A stretch of DNA of 64,000 nt, taken from assembly GCA_013239625.1 (NCBI GenBank), contig MU054526.1, positions 620,001-684,000 of the forward strand, written 5' to 3'. Each line of letters opens with the position of its first letter. Position 1 is the first letter of the stretch. The notes beneath the pieces are model-generated. The model searched no databases, was not told the DNA's origin, and worked only from the letters and a program-made list of their open reading frames with translations. This stretch comes from Lama guanicoe (lineage: Eukaryota). This document shows positions 11,363 through 23,259 of the stretch, one piece after another. The translations under genes were made by a program, and so were the position numbers.

Positions 11363-12846
11363 GTTGTTGGCACAGGGCCCAGGATGAAGAGGCTCCTTCA
11401 GAGCAAGGTGATTCCACTGGCATGTCCCAGGTCAAGGCTCCAGAGCTGGCTCCACCCACCCAGAAGTCTCCTTGTGAGATGCATGGTCCGCTCCTGAAAG
11501 ACATTTTGTGCCTGGCTGAGCCCAGCGGAACACACCCTGAATGGGAGGTGCCCATGTGTGGGGTAAGTCTTTCCCAGCCCCGAAAGGAGCAGAGTGGAGA
11601 GAAACTATCCGAAAGGGACAAGGGGAGGCCCTCGTTCATGAAGAAGTGCAGCGATCACCTGGCCGGGAGGACCCCGACGTGCAGGGAGGGAGGGAAGGAC
11701 TTCCCGGCCAGGTTAGGCCTTCTCCAGCCCCAGGCCCCACACAGTGGAGGGGAGCCACACAGGGTCACAGAGGGCAGGGAGACCTTTGAAAGTGGACAGG
11801 AAGATTACAGGTGCTGTGACTGCGGGAGCGCCTTCGGCCATGAACACAGAGTTGTTGAGCAGCAGGAAGGCCACGCTGGAGAAGAGCGTTCTGATTGCAG
11901 CGAAAGCGAGCCCTTCCTCACAAAGTTCCACCTGGTCCAGCACCAGAAAATTCACACTGAGACAAGGGTTTATGAGCACCTTGGACACAGAGGATTCTTC
12001 GCACCAAGGTCTGGCCTCCCTGAACACCAGCGCGTGCACCCTCGGCCCAGGCCTCATGAGTGCAGCCAGTGCGGGAGGTGCGTTAAAGACAGCTCCACAC
12101 TCGTGGTTCATCAGAGAGTTCACACTGGAGAGAAGCCGTATGAATGCAATGAATGCAGGAAATGCTTTAGGTACAGCTTCACTCTCAAGAGACATCAAAG
12201 AGCTCACATTAGAGAAAGGCCATTTCAGTGCAGCGTGTGCGGGAAACTTTTTGTCGACAGCGCCACGCTCATTATCCATCAGAAGGTTCACACTCGAGGA
12301 AGGCGTTTTGAATGCAGCAAATGCGGGCAGTTTTTCAGGTACAGCTTCACACTTGAGAGACATGAGAAAGCTCATACGGGAGAAAGGCCTTATGAGTGCA
12401 GTGAATGTGGGAAACTCTTTAGGCACAACTCAAATCATATTAGGCATCGGAGAAACCACACCGGAGAGAGGCCGTATGAGTGCAGCGTGTGTGGTAGACT
12501 CTTCAGCCAAAACTCCCACCTCATCCGGCACCAGAATATTCACACCAGAGAAAAAACATACGAGTGTCGTGAGTGTGGGAAATCCTTTATGGACAACTCC
12601 ACACTCGTTATTCATCAGAGGGTTCACACCGGGGAAAAGCCCTATGAATGCAGTGAATGTGGGAAAGTCTTTAGATACAACTCCAGCCTCATTAAACATC
12701 GGAGAATTCACACTGGGGAAAGGCCTTATGAGTGCCTCAGCTGTGGGAGAGGCTTTAGCCAGAACTCCCACCTCACTCGGCATCGAGAAGTTCACAGTAA
12801 AGTGTATTGCAAACAGGGAAAGACTTCAGAGAAACCTCTGGTCTGA
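11363..12846 (+). CDS. ZNF17: Gene A spacer plus C2H2 zinc-finger exon: 3 degenerate and 9 intact tandem fingers (12061-12795)
   Basis: CCTTACAG|GTTGTTGG acceptor; open to TGA at 12844-12846 (ORF 11077..12846); 84-nt periodicity. Fingers RHNSNHIRHRRNH, SQNSHLIRH, MDxSTL and RYNSSLIKHRRIH match the C-terminal array of human ZNF17 as recalled. Confidence 0.88.
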
Positions 12847-12889
12847 CTTAGCACTGTGAGGTGTTGCTCTGCAGGGTTTTTAAAAACCT

Positions 12890-14120
12890 TTAATGGTGGA
12901 AAACTACGTGTAACCAAATTTATGATCTTAACCACATTTAAGTGTAAGCTCAGTAGTAATAATACATTCACACCTTGTGCAAATATTCAGAAGTCTTTTC
13001 ATCTTACACAACAGAAACTAAGCCCATTAGACAAGAGCGCCTCCCCCCCCTCCCCCCCTTATCCCCTGACAGCCACGCTCTGCTTTCTGCCTGTGCATTT
13101 GGCCACTCTGGTACCTTATATAAAAGTCACAATGTTTTTCTCCTTTGTTGGCTGGCTTTTTCACTGAGCATAATGTCCTCAAGGTTCATCTATGTTCCGG
13201 CAGGTGTCAGGATTGCCTTCCTTTTTGCCTACTACTCCATTCTGTGTCTAGGCCACTTTTTCTGTATCCATTTATCAGTGGACTGTTGGGTTGCTTTCGC
13301 AATTTGGCTGTTGCAAATAATGCTTTTATAAGCATGATTGCACACATATTTCTTTGAGGCCCTGTTTTCAGTTCTGTTTAGGTATATACTCGGAATTGTC
13401 AGATCATATGGTAATTGAATATTTAATTTTTTTTGAGGAACTGAGGGGCTGTTTTCCATAGTAGCTGTACCATTTTACAGGTACAGCTTGGAGGTTCTAA
13501 TTTCTCTACACCCTTGCCGACATTTCTTCTTTTCTTTTCTTTTCTTTCTTTCCTTTTTAGTATTTTTTTGAGGTAATTAGGCTTATTTATTTATTTTTAG
13601 AGGAGGTACTGGGGATTGAACCCAAGACCTTGTATATGCTAGGCATGCATGCTACCATATGAGCTGTACCCTCCCCCAACACTTGTTTTCTTGTTTTATT
13701 TTTTATAACACTAGCCTAAGGGGCATGAGGGGATATTTCATTGTGGTTTTGTTTTGCATTTAATGATATTGAACATTTTTTCATCTGCTTGTTGGCTGTG
13801 TATATTCTCTGGGAAAATGTCTCTTCCAATCCTTTGCCCATTTTTAAATGGGGTTGTTATTATTACTGTTACTTGGATATAGGAATTCTTTATATACTCT
13901 GGGTAATAACCTGTTACCAGATAGTTTACAAATATTTTCTTCTACTCCAAGGGTTCCCTTTTCATTCTGTCCATTTAGTCCTTTTTCGCACAGACGTTTT
14001 AGATTCCAGTTTAGTCCCATTTATTCCTGTTCTTGTTGCCTCTGCCTTTGGTGTCATGTCCAAGAAATTATCGCCAAAGCCACCCAGTGTCAGGATGCTT
14101 TTTTCCTCAGTTTTCTTCTA
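12890..14120 (-). mobile_element. Old L1 (L1MA/MB-like) 3' fragment
   Basis: TCACTGAGCATAATGTCCTCAAGGTTCATC...TTTTCCATAGTAGCTGTACCATTTTAC. Confidence 0.8.
13530..13677 (-). mobile_element. tRNA-Ala-derived SINE nested in L1
   Basis: GGAGGTACTGGGGATTGAACCC...GAGCTGTACCCTCCCC. Confidence 0.8.
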
Positions 14121-14430
14121 AGAGCTGCCATGCACCAAGGTATCAGCAGCAGGAAGTTGACACTGGAGAAAGACGTTACATGTGGGCCACTGTGTGCTTT
14201 GCTTTTAACATAACAGAGGAAATCTCTGGAGGTTACCTCTGTGAAGGAGGTATCTGCCAGAAATTACATCTCATATGTCCAAACATCCTCACTAGGGAGA
14301 TTCGCAGTAAGTGCCAGGTATGTGGGAAGCTTTGGTGAACTGTGTTGCACTTTCAGACCCGCTTGGGGCCGTGACTGGAGTTCCGTCTGTCACCTGGCAG
14401 GGAGCTGCAGTGTGAACCACCTCAGTCTCT
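14120..14430 (+). pseudogene. Fossil zinc-finger repeats downstream of gene A
   Basis: Linker remnants CACTGGAGAAAGAC and GTATGTGGGAAGCTTT, separated from the array by an L1 insertion. Confidence 0.5.
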
Positions 14431-15810
14431 AAAATACTCAGACACTGTGAAGGGAACCAGCAGCAAAATGAAAAGACAACCTCCTGAGTAAGAGAAGATA
14501 TTTGCAAATCACAAAGCCAGTAAAGGGCTAATAACCAGAATATATGGAGAATTTATACAACTTAATGTCAAAAAAAAATTGGATTAAAAAATGGGCAGAG
14601 GACCTGAACATGCATTTTCTCAGAGAAGACATGCAGCTGGCCAACAAGCACATGAAAAGATGCTGTACTTCACTGATCAGGCAGATACAAATCAAAATCA
14701 CAATGAGCAGTCACCCCTACGCCTGTCACAATGGTTACTGTCAAGAAGACAGCAAATAACAAGTGTTGGTGAGGATGTGGAGAAAAAGGCACCCTCATTT
14801 GCTATTGGTAGGAATGTTAAGTTGGTCCAGCCACTATGCCAAAGTGTGAGAGTTCCTTAAGAAATTAAAAATATAGCTACATTCAACCCAGTGATTCCAA
14901 TCCTGGGTATTTACCTAAAGAAAACAAAAACACTAAATTGAAAAGAAATATACATCCCTATGTTCATTGTAACATTATTTACAGCTGCCAAGATATGGAA
15001 GCAACTGAAGTGTCCATTGATACATGAATGGTAAAGAAGATGTAATATATACGTGTATATAATGGAATATTACTCAGCCATTAAAACAGAAATCTTGCTA
15101 TTTGTGACAATATGGGTAGACCTAGAGGGTAATATGCTAAGTGAAATAAGTCAGCGATTTCACTTAAATGTGGAATCTAAAAAGCAAAACAGTTGAATGA
15201 ACAAAACAATCCAGAAGCAGATGCATAGATACCAAGAACAAACCAGCGGTTGCCAGAGAGGAGAGGGGTGGGGGAATGTTTGAATAGATTAAGTGGATTA
15301 AGAAGCACAAACTTCCAATTGTAAAATAAGCCACTGGGGGCAGGAATGTCATTGGGATGTAATATGGAGAATAGGGACTATAGTCAGTAATGTAATAACT
15401 TAAAATGTGACAGGCGGTAACTAGGCTACTGTAGTATCATCTCATCACTAGTCAAATGTCAAATTAGTAGTGTACACATGAAGCTAATATAACATTGTCA
15501 GTTATACTTCAACTAAAAATTTTTTTTCTAAAGCATTGGAAGTCACCGCTACAAAATAGGTGAAGATGGTCAAAAGGTACAGACTTCTGGTTATAAAATA
15601 AGTCATGGAGATGTAGTGTACAGTGTGGTGACTATAGTTAATAATACTGTATTGCATATTTGAAAGTTGCGAAGAGTAAGTCAGGAAAGTTCTCAACAAG
15701 AAAATTTTGTACCTGTGCTAAGTAGACTTACTTTGGTCATTACTTTGCAGTATATACAAATACAATCATTATGTTGTACATCTGAAGCTAGTAAATGTTA
15801 TATTTTAATT
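14430..15810 (+). mobile_element. L1 ORF2-end/3'UTR fragments
   Basis: AAATGGGCAGAGGACCTGAAC...CAAGTGTTGGTGAGGATGTGGAGAAA...ATGGAATATTACTCAGCC. Confidence 0.85.
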
Positions 15811-18319
15811 ACACATCTCAGTTTTTCTTAAGTGGGGAGAGCAGATTGCTGTGCTGTCTCTCTTTGTGTAGAGTCTCCCCCGGCCTTGTGAGCCCTTTGG
15901 TGAGCCCTCATGGCCCACCCCCTTGATTGTTTTGGATGTGAACATCACCCACCTTGGACAGAGGACCCCATATGGCTTCGGTGGCAGCTTACAGAGGCTT
16001 CCCTTGTTCAAGGTCTTTACTGATTGTCTCATGACATTCTGGACAGATTTTTCCAGCCTCCGTTTTACCCAACCCAGGAACTTATGGCTCCACTGTGCTG
16101 ATTTTTGTGGTAAAGCTCTTATTGTTTAACCTACCTTTACTCTTAGGATCCTGTTTACTGTGTGCTGTGAGTTAAGGAGAGAATTAGGCTCTGCCAGAAT
16201 AAACGGTAGAGTTTCGGGGTCCTCACCTTTGTGTGCTCTGAAAAAAATAGGGGAACAAAGCATCACTCTCAGTGCAGATCTGGCCTAGCTGCATTGCTGC
16301 CTGAGGCCTCCTAGGAAAGGCTGAACGACGTCTGCACCAAGATCTCATACCCTGGACATGAGGATTATTTGTGGTTGCAGAGTCACTTGAATATGGGGCA
16401 GTTGGTTTGCAAACAACAGGATATTCGGTGGTGTCATGAGTTGGGGCCCCTGAATGTAGCGGATGTCCCATAGCATTGCTGAGAGATAGCTGTCTCCTGA
16501 GACCTACCGAGGAGCTGTGTGTCCTAAAGAAAAAAAATCACGCAGGTAAATGGACGTAAGGCTTAAGGCTCAGCGTGAGAATCATACTCTGTACAGAAGT
16601 AGTGATTGTGTTGATAGGAACTGGGGGAAGGGTGCAGCAAAGTAGAGTGGATAAGCACTTCCAATGGGACATCTGTAAACGTCCCTGTAACTGGGAAGAG
16701 GGTGTACAGAACTCCCTAGGACTTACAGGCCTCTGTGCCTCCTCTAGCCAATGTACTGCCACAGCAGCGAAGCCAAAGATTTTATGGCTTCCTGTTGCCT
16801 CTCTGGGTTGTTTCCCTCAAACCGTAACTGCAAGGCAGAGGCCTCACACGGAGCAAGGGGAGATTCTGTACTTCAGGGATGGATCTTTTGTGTGCTAGCC
16901 ATTATTTTTGGTGACACAATTGGGCATACTTTCATCATTCCCCAGTTTTGCAGCAAAAGAATCAGAGTTGAGTTGCCTAAGACATGGGGAGAGATTCATG
17001 ATGAAGTCAGTACAGCTTTGTCAGTTGTCTGAAATTCTAAGAGGAATAGGGTTTAACACTTAATAGGAGAAAGTTTCCCCCAACCGCTTCATTGAGGAAC
17101 TGACATAAATTAAACTTCACTTATTTAAAGTGCCCAACATGATATATTTCGATATATGTATGGGCATTGAAACCATCACATTGTTGTGATGATGAATGTA
17201 TCTGTGGCCCCAGTAAGTTTCCCTGTGCCCTTTTCTATTGCTTGCAGCTCCACCCAATTTGCCACCTCTACATAGCCATTAACTCTAAATTCATAAGTAG
17301 CCATAAACAGATGTTGAAGGTTGAAAAGGTAGCAAACTTCTTGGCCAACAGTCAACTGAACTTAATATTTGAGGTAAAAAAGGTGGACTGCATGCATGCA
17401 AGGGAGAGCTGCGGTTGGCAGACAGCCTCCTAGAAAGCAGCTGGAGCTGCACTTATGTGATCTTTTGGGGAGTCAGTCATTCAGGAACTGGAGGACATTC
17501 AGAAGTCTGTACTGAAGGATTTCTGGACTTTGAGCCGTGTTAGTGTGGTCACTACTATTGGCCGGTTGACTTTCAGAAGCTAGGTCCTTAAGTGAGGCAG
17601 TTGATTGATTGTTGCCTGGGATCCTAAGGCTGATTGGTGGTCTTTCAGAATGTGGGATGAGGAGCCATAATCCATCACTTATTGGTTGAATTTTGAAAGC
17701 TTGTACTTATCAATGATTTGCTAACTGCTTACTTTCAGAGGCTTAAGTTTCACTGTTGAGGCTGTCATTGACCTGGCGAGCCTCAGAACACATGTACTCA
17801 TTGGAAGTTACTCTTACAAACGATGATTATTTGTTCACGATTTTGGACTGTGGCCAGTGAGTAATCATTTCCCTTTCCTGAATATGTAAAATAATTCCTT
17901 TAATTCTCAGTATCTCTTTTTGTTCTTCAATCACCCAAACCTGAGAGAGAACTCATAAGGCATACTCCAAATCTAACTGCCAGCTTTTTGGAAGGCATTG
18001 CAAAGAGCTGAATATAATAAGATGTTTAGGGTGTACTGGCAGAGGCAGTATCCAGAACAAAATCATTAAATACAGGGCATGTGCTCTATGCACAGAACAG
18101 CTGGCAGTGCTGTTCCCAACATGTCCATGCACCTACTATTGTGGTGGAATCCCGGCAGGTGCTCGTGGTATGTTTGTTAGGACACTGAATGCGCACCACA
18201 GAACAGCTTTCTTACTCGCTTTCACCTTTCCAGCAAGTCTACAGATTGTATTCACCTGTCCTGTCAAGCGGTTAAATTGCCAGCGCGTTCCTAGTGAAAA
18301 AATCGCATTTTGGAGAACG

Positions 18320-18600
18320 GCCTAATTCATGTGGGAACTACATTACCCAGCAGCCACTGCGATCACCAGCAGCAGAGACGTAGCCAATGAGAGCAGAGGG
18401 ACGTCTACGTGCCCGGCGCACCACGTGAGCGGAAAATACGCATTTCCCCGTGGCGCTGGTGCAGTCGCTCAGCTCGTTTTCACTTCTTTGGGCCTCTGGA
18501 GTGCTGGGTCCCTTCTGACGTGACCGAATTGAAAAGCGGGACGGGAGACTGGTGCACCGAAGCGACTGAGAAGCCTGACTGGGGACTCTGTGGTGCACTG
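18320..18600 (+). promoter_or_regulatory. Orphan KZNF-type promoter module
   Basis: ACTACATTACCCAG (18337-18350), CCAAT (18384-18388) and E-box CACGTG (18422-18427), colinear with the gene A promoter. Modest CpG retention. Confidence 0.65.
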
Positions 18601-18990
18601 GTTCCTGAAATAAACAGGACCCTGTAGAGCCGTCTCAGGTACAAAAGCCCCACCATGTTCCCCAATTTTTGTTTCTAGAAAAAAGCTTTAGTTTCCTGAG
18701 TTCCAAAGAGCTGTGGCAAGCAGTTACTACAGAGAAGTGAGAGAGTGCAGAAACATAGGAAAAATCGTCAAGTGAGAAAAGTAATGCTAGCTTAAAAAAT
18801 AGTTGAGAAAACAATCCCAGGGCCTCTGGTCCTGAAGGGCTATACGTAATAATCTGACGCATATCCTTGAGTTCCTTTGGAGAAACTAAGACGCCCACCC
18901 AGGTGGAGGATGTTGACTACAGGCTGCTCACAAGCACATAGGCCCCAATCATGAAACCCTAACCAACCCTTGCTTAATTGGAACCAGGAA
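18600..18990 (+). mobile_element. ERV LTR-like fragment
   Basis: Begins TGAAATAAACAGGACCC, with a U3-like composition resembling artiodactyl ERV LTRs; truncated by the adjacent L1. Confidence 0.45.
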
Positions 18991-19039
18991 GCTGAAATTA
19001 AGTTTGTTGAAACATATAGTTAATTAACACTTCACATAA

Positions 19040-21410
19040 GTATAGTACAGTTAATTTACACTGTTGTATTAGTTGCTGGTATACTGATTCAGTTAAAATA
19101 TATAAATATATTTTTTTAAATTGCAATTTATTAAGAGCTATTGAATATATAGTTCCTTGTATTATAAAGTAGGACCTTGTTGTTTATCTAGTTTGTATAT
19201 GATAGTTGATACCTGTCAATCTCAAAATCCGAATTTACCTCCCCCTGCCCACGTTCACCTTTGGTAAACATAAGTATATTTTTTATGTCTGTGACTCGGT
19301 TTCCATTTGTAAATAAGTTAATTTGTATCTTTTGTTACAATTACACAGATAAGTGATAAAATATATTTGTCTTTCTCTCACTTCACTAAGTATGATAATC
19401 TCGTCTGTTCATGTTACTGCAAATGGCGTTATTTTATTTTTAATGGGTGAGTGGTATTTCATGGTATAAATATACCACAGCTTCTTTATCCAGTCATCTG
19501 TGGATGGACATTTAGGTTGTTTCCATGTCTTGGCTGTTGTAAATAGTGCTGCTGTGGACATTGGGTGCATGTATCTTTTTGAATTAAGGTTCCCTCCGGA
19601 TATATGCCTGGAGTGGGATTCCTGGATTCTATGGTAAGTCTATCTTTAGTCTTTTGAGGAATCTCCCTCCTGTTTTCCATAATGGCTGCACCAGACTATG
19701 TTCCCACCCACAGCGTAGGAGGGTTCCCTTTTCCCCACACCCTCTCCGGCATTTATCATTTGAGGACTCTTAAATGATGGCCACTCTGACTGGTGTGAGG
19801 TGATGCCTCATGGTAGTTTTGATTTGCATTTCTCTGATGAATAGTGATATTGAGCATGTTTTCATGTGCCTGTTGGCCATCTGTGTGTCATTCTTGGAGA
19901 AGTGTGTGTGTAGGTCTTCTGCCCACCTTTGGATTGGGTTGTTTTCCTGATGAGTTGTATGAGCTATTTGTGTATTGTGGAAATTAAGCCCTGTCAGTTG
20001 CATTCTTTTGCAAGTATTTTCTCCCAGTCCGTAGATTGTCTTTTCGCCTTGTGTATGATTTCCATCGCCGTGCCAAAGGTCATGAGTTTAATTAGGTTGC
20101 ATCTGTTTACTCTTGCTTTTAATTCTGTTGCCTCAGTAGGCTGACCTAGGAGAACAGTGCTACGATTTCTATCAGAGAACGTTTTGCCTGTGTCCTCTTT
20201 TAGGAGATTTATGGTGTCCTGTCTTATGTTTAAGTCTTTAAGCCATTTTGAGTTTATTTTTGTGCGTACCATGAAGGAGTGTTCTAACTTCATCGATTTA
20301 CCCGTGGCTGTCCGGCTTTGCCAGCACCACTTGCTGAAGAGGCTGTCTTCTCTCCGTTGTGTATTCTTGTCTCCTTGGTCAAAAGATTAATTGACCGTAG
20401 GTGAGTCAGAGAGCCTATTTCTGGGCTCTCTGTTGTGTTGCACTGATCCGTATGTCTGTTTTTGTGCCAGTACCATGCTGTTTTGGATTCCTGTAGCTTT
20501 GCGGTATCGTCTGACGTCTGGGAGGGTTACGTCTCCAGCTTCGTTCGTTTTCTTCAGTATTGCTTTGGCAGTTCTGGGTCTTTTGTGATTCCATGTAAGT
20601 TTTAGGATTTTGTTTTAGTTCTGTGAAAAATGTCCTGGGTAACCTGACAGGGGTCACATGAATTCTGTAGACTACTTTGGGTAGCATGGCTGTTTTAACA
20701 ACATTAATCCTGCCAGTCCAAGAGCATGCTGCACCTTGCCATTTCTTTAAATCATCTGCAATTTCCTTTATCAATGTTTTAGACTTCTCAGCGTGTAAGT
20801 CCTTCACCTCCTGGGTTAAATTTGTTCCTGAGTATTTTTTGATGCGATTTTAAAGGGGATGTTTTTTTTAAAAATTTACTTCCCTTTTCTGATATTTGAT
20901 TGTTAGGGTAAAGAAATGGAACATATTTCTGGTCTTTATCTCGTACCCTGTTAGCTTGCTGAGTTGACTAATCAGCTCTAGAAGTTTTTGTGTGGAATCC
21001 TTAGGATTTTCTGTATACAGTATTCTGCATATTGTGACAGTTTTTCCTCTTACCTTCCAATTCGAATCCCTTTTGTTTCTTGTCTGCTTGCTATGGCTAC
21101 ATCTTGCAATACTGTGCTAAATAGAAGGGGTAAGAGTGGGCATCCTTGTGTTGTTTCAGATTTTAGTGGGAAGACTTTCTGCTTTTCACCATTGAGTAGT
21201 ATGTTGGCTATGGATTTGTCATAAATAGCTTCTGTTATGTTGAGATAGGTTCCCCTCTATATCGCCTCTGGTAAGGGTTTTTATTTGTTTATTTATTTTT
21301 TGTCGTGAATGCATGTTGAATTTGATGAAACGCTTTTTCTGCATCTGTTGAGATGGTCATGTTGTGTTTGTACTTTCCTTTGTTGATATACGATTGCTTC
21401 TTGAATCTGT
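19040..21410 (-). mobile_element. 5'-truncated L1 (3' ORF2 and 3'UTR), broken ORF
   Basis: Minus-strand ORF fragments resemble L1 ORF2 ([47 protein letters not shown]). Confidence 0.92.
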
Positions 21411-22298
21411 GTCTCCTCGGCTGGAGCCCTAGGAAAGGCTGAAAAAAAAGGGGGGGGGCCTCTTTGTTTCAATCGGGTCTTCGTTTCTGAAATTTCGGTT
21501 AACACTCCTGACACGTAAAAGCACTGTGTAATTGACTATGTTGTCATTGACTCTTACTGTCCATATCCTCTGAGTAGAATGACAGCCTCATGTGGGAAGG
21601 GGTTTTGGACGCTTTGGATCTTGACACGTCCCATGCAGCCAAAATAGTGCTTGGAATAGGGAAGGCACTTAGTGAGTGTTTGCTAAGGAGGGAATAAACA
21701 TGATTCCATAGAAACCCTGTTTGTTTTTGGCGTTCTGGCAGAGCTAGCTGCTCTCTTACATCTCCTTTCAAGTTGTACTAAAAGACAATGATTTAAGAAA
21801 TAAATAAATCACGATTTAGAAAGCCATCATCACAGACTAGCCAAGTGCCCTGTGTTAGTACAAGGCCAGCTTCATTCCCTCGGATCTCAGATGTCAGTGT
21901 CCCTTCAGAGTTCACTGAGATCCTAACCTCTTGTCCCCATGGCCAAGAGCTATTTTGGCCACAAACTTTGAATAACTGAATAATGATTGATTTCAGTAAT
22001 GTCACCGTTTCACAGACACTTCTCTCAGATAATCTCCACTGTCCATGCGTTGTCACTCAGGTGGAATTATATTGACTCCCCAGCAAGGAAAGGAGATCAT
22101 GTAATCCAATCTTTTATCTCAAGGTTCACACGCTCCCTTTATAATATAGAAAGCTTATACAAGCTTCTGACTGTGTGTATAGCTCATACAGATATGAGCT
22201 GTAACTGTGACCAGAGAGTCACTGTCCAGGCAGAAAATGGCAAGCGGTAAGTCATTCTTCTCTTCAGGTAGGCACATCTTAGTTTGTAGAGAAAAGCA

Positions 22299-22420
22299 AG
22301 GGGGAGGATGTAGTTCAGTGTTAGAGTGCGTGATTAGCATGCACGAGGTCGTGGGTTCAATTCCCAGTACCTCTGTTAAAAACAAAGTAAGCCTTATGAC
22401 ATCCCTCCCGCTCCCCCTTA
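22299..22420 (+). mobile_element. tRNA-Ala-derived SINE
   Basis: GGGGGAGGATGTAGTTCAGTGTTAGAG...GGGTTCAATTCCCAGTACCTC. Confidence 0.8.
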
Positions 22421-22459
22421 AAACAGCAGCAAAACTGAATCCCTTTCAAAATGTGGAGT

Positions 22460-23185
22460 AAAACTCAGCCATAAAAAAATAAAATAATGCCATTTGTAAC
22501 AACATGGATGGACCTAGAGATCGTCAGAAAGAGAGAGAAAAAAAAATGCCATGTGCTATCACTCGTAATTGAAATTTAAGAAAAGATTTAAGAAAGCGGA
22601 CACTCATGAACTCATCTGCAAAACAGAAACAGTAACCCTATCGTATGGTTATCAGGTGAAAGGGGATGGGAAGGATGAATTTGGGAGTCTGAGGTTTGCA
22701 AATGTTAGCCTCTACAAAAACAGATTTTAAAAAAGAGGTTTTCTGTATAGCACAGGGAGTTATAGTCAATATCTTGTAATAACCGTAAGTGAAAAAGAAT
22801 ACGAAAAGAGATACATGTATTTATATACCAAAAAAAGGGAAAGCCTCAGGTTAAAAAAAAAAAAAGCAACTACCACACGATCCAGCAGTTCCACTTTCCG
22901 GCTTATTCCACTTATAATGACGATCTCTAGGTCCATCCATCTTCCTCTAGATGTCATTATTGGGTGTTTGAGAGCTGCAAATGTTAGCCACCGTATATAA
23001 GAATAGATTTTAAAAGAAGCCGATTTTTTTTCTGTATAGCACAGGGAAGTATATTCAGTATTTCATAAAAACCTTTGATGAAAAAGCGTATGAAAACGAA
23101 TATATGCGTGCATATGCACGACTGGGCCATTGTGCTGTACACCAGAAACTGACATTGAAACTGACTGTACTTCAGTGAAAAAGAA
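22460..23185 (+). mobile_element. Two L1 3'UTR fragments with a short inverted piece (~22900-22960)
   Basis: AACATGGATGGACCTAGAGATCGTC on + and its reverse complement GACGATCTCTAGGTCCATCCAT at ~22920; CTGTATAGCACAGGG occurs twice. Confidence 0.75.
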
Positions 23186-23259
23186 ACGCGGAGTAAGAAA
23201 TACATGTCGGTCCCTGAACGGGACAGTCACTTGCTCTCCATTTTTTCTGAGGGAACCGG

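Noticed and set aside
11713-12859. Long alternative-frame (11744..12859, 371 aa) and antisense ORFs over the finger array; similar ones at 38120-38746 and 50039-50686
   Set aside because: Expected by-products of the repetitive C2H2 codon pattern; non-ATG starts and no independent evidence.
16310-21444. Shared 16-mer CCTAGGAAAGGCTGAA at ~16310 and ~21428
   Set aside because: No flanking homology; one such match is expected by chance in 64 kb.
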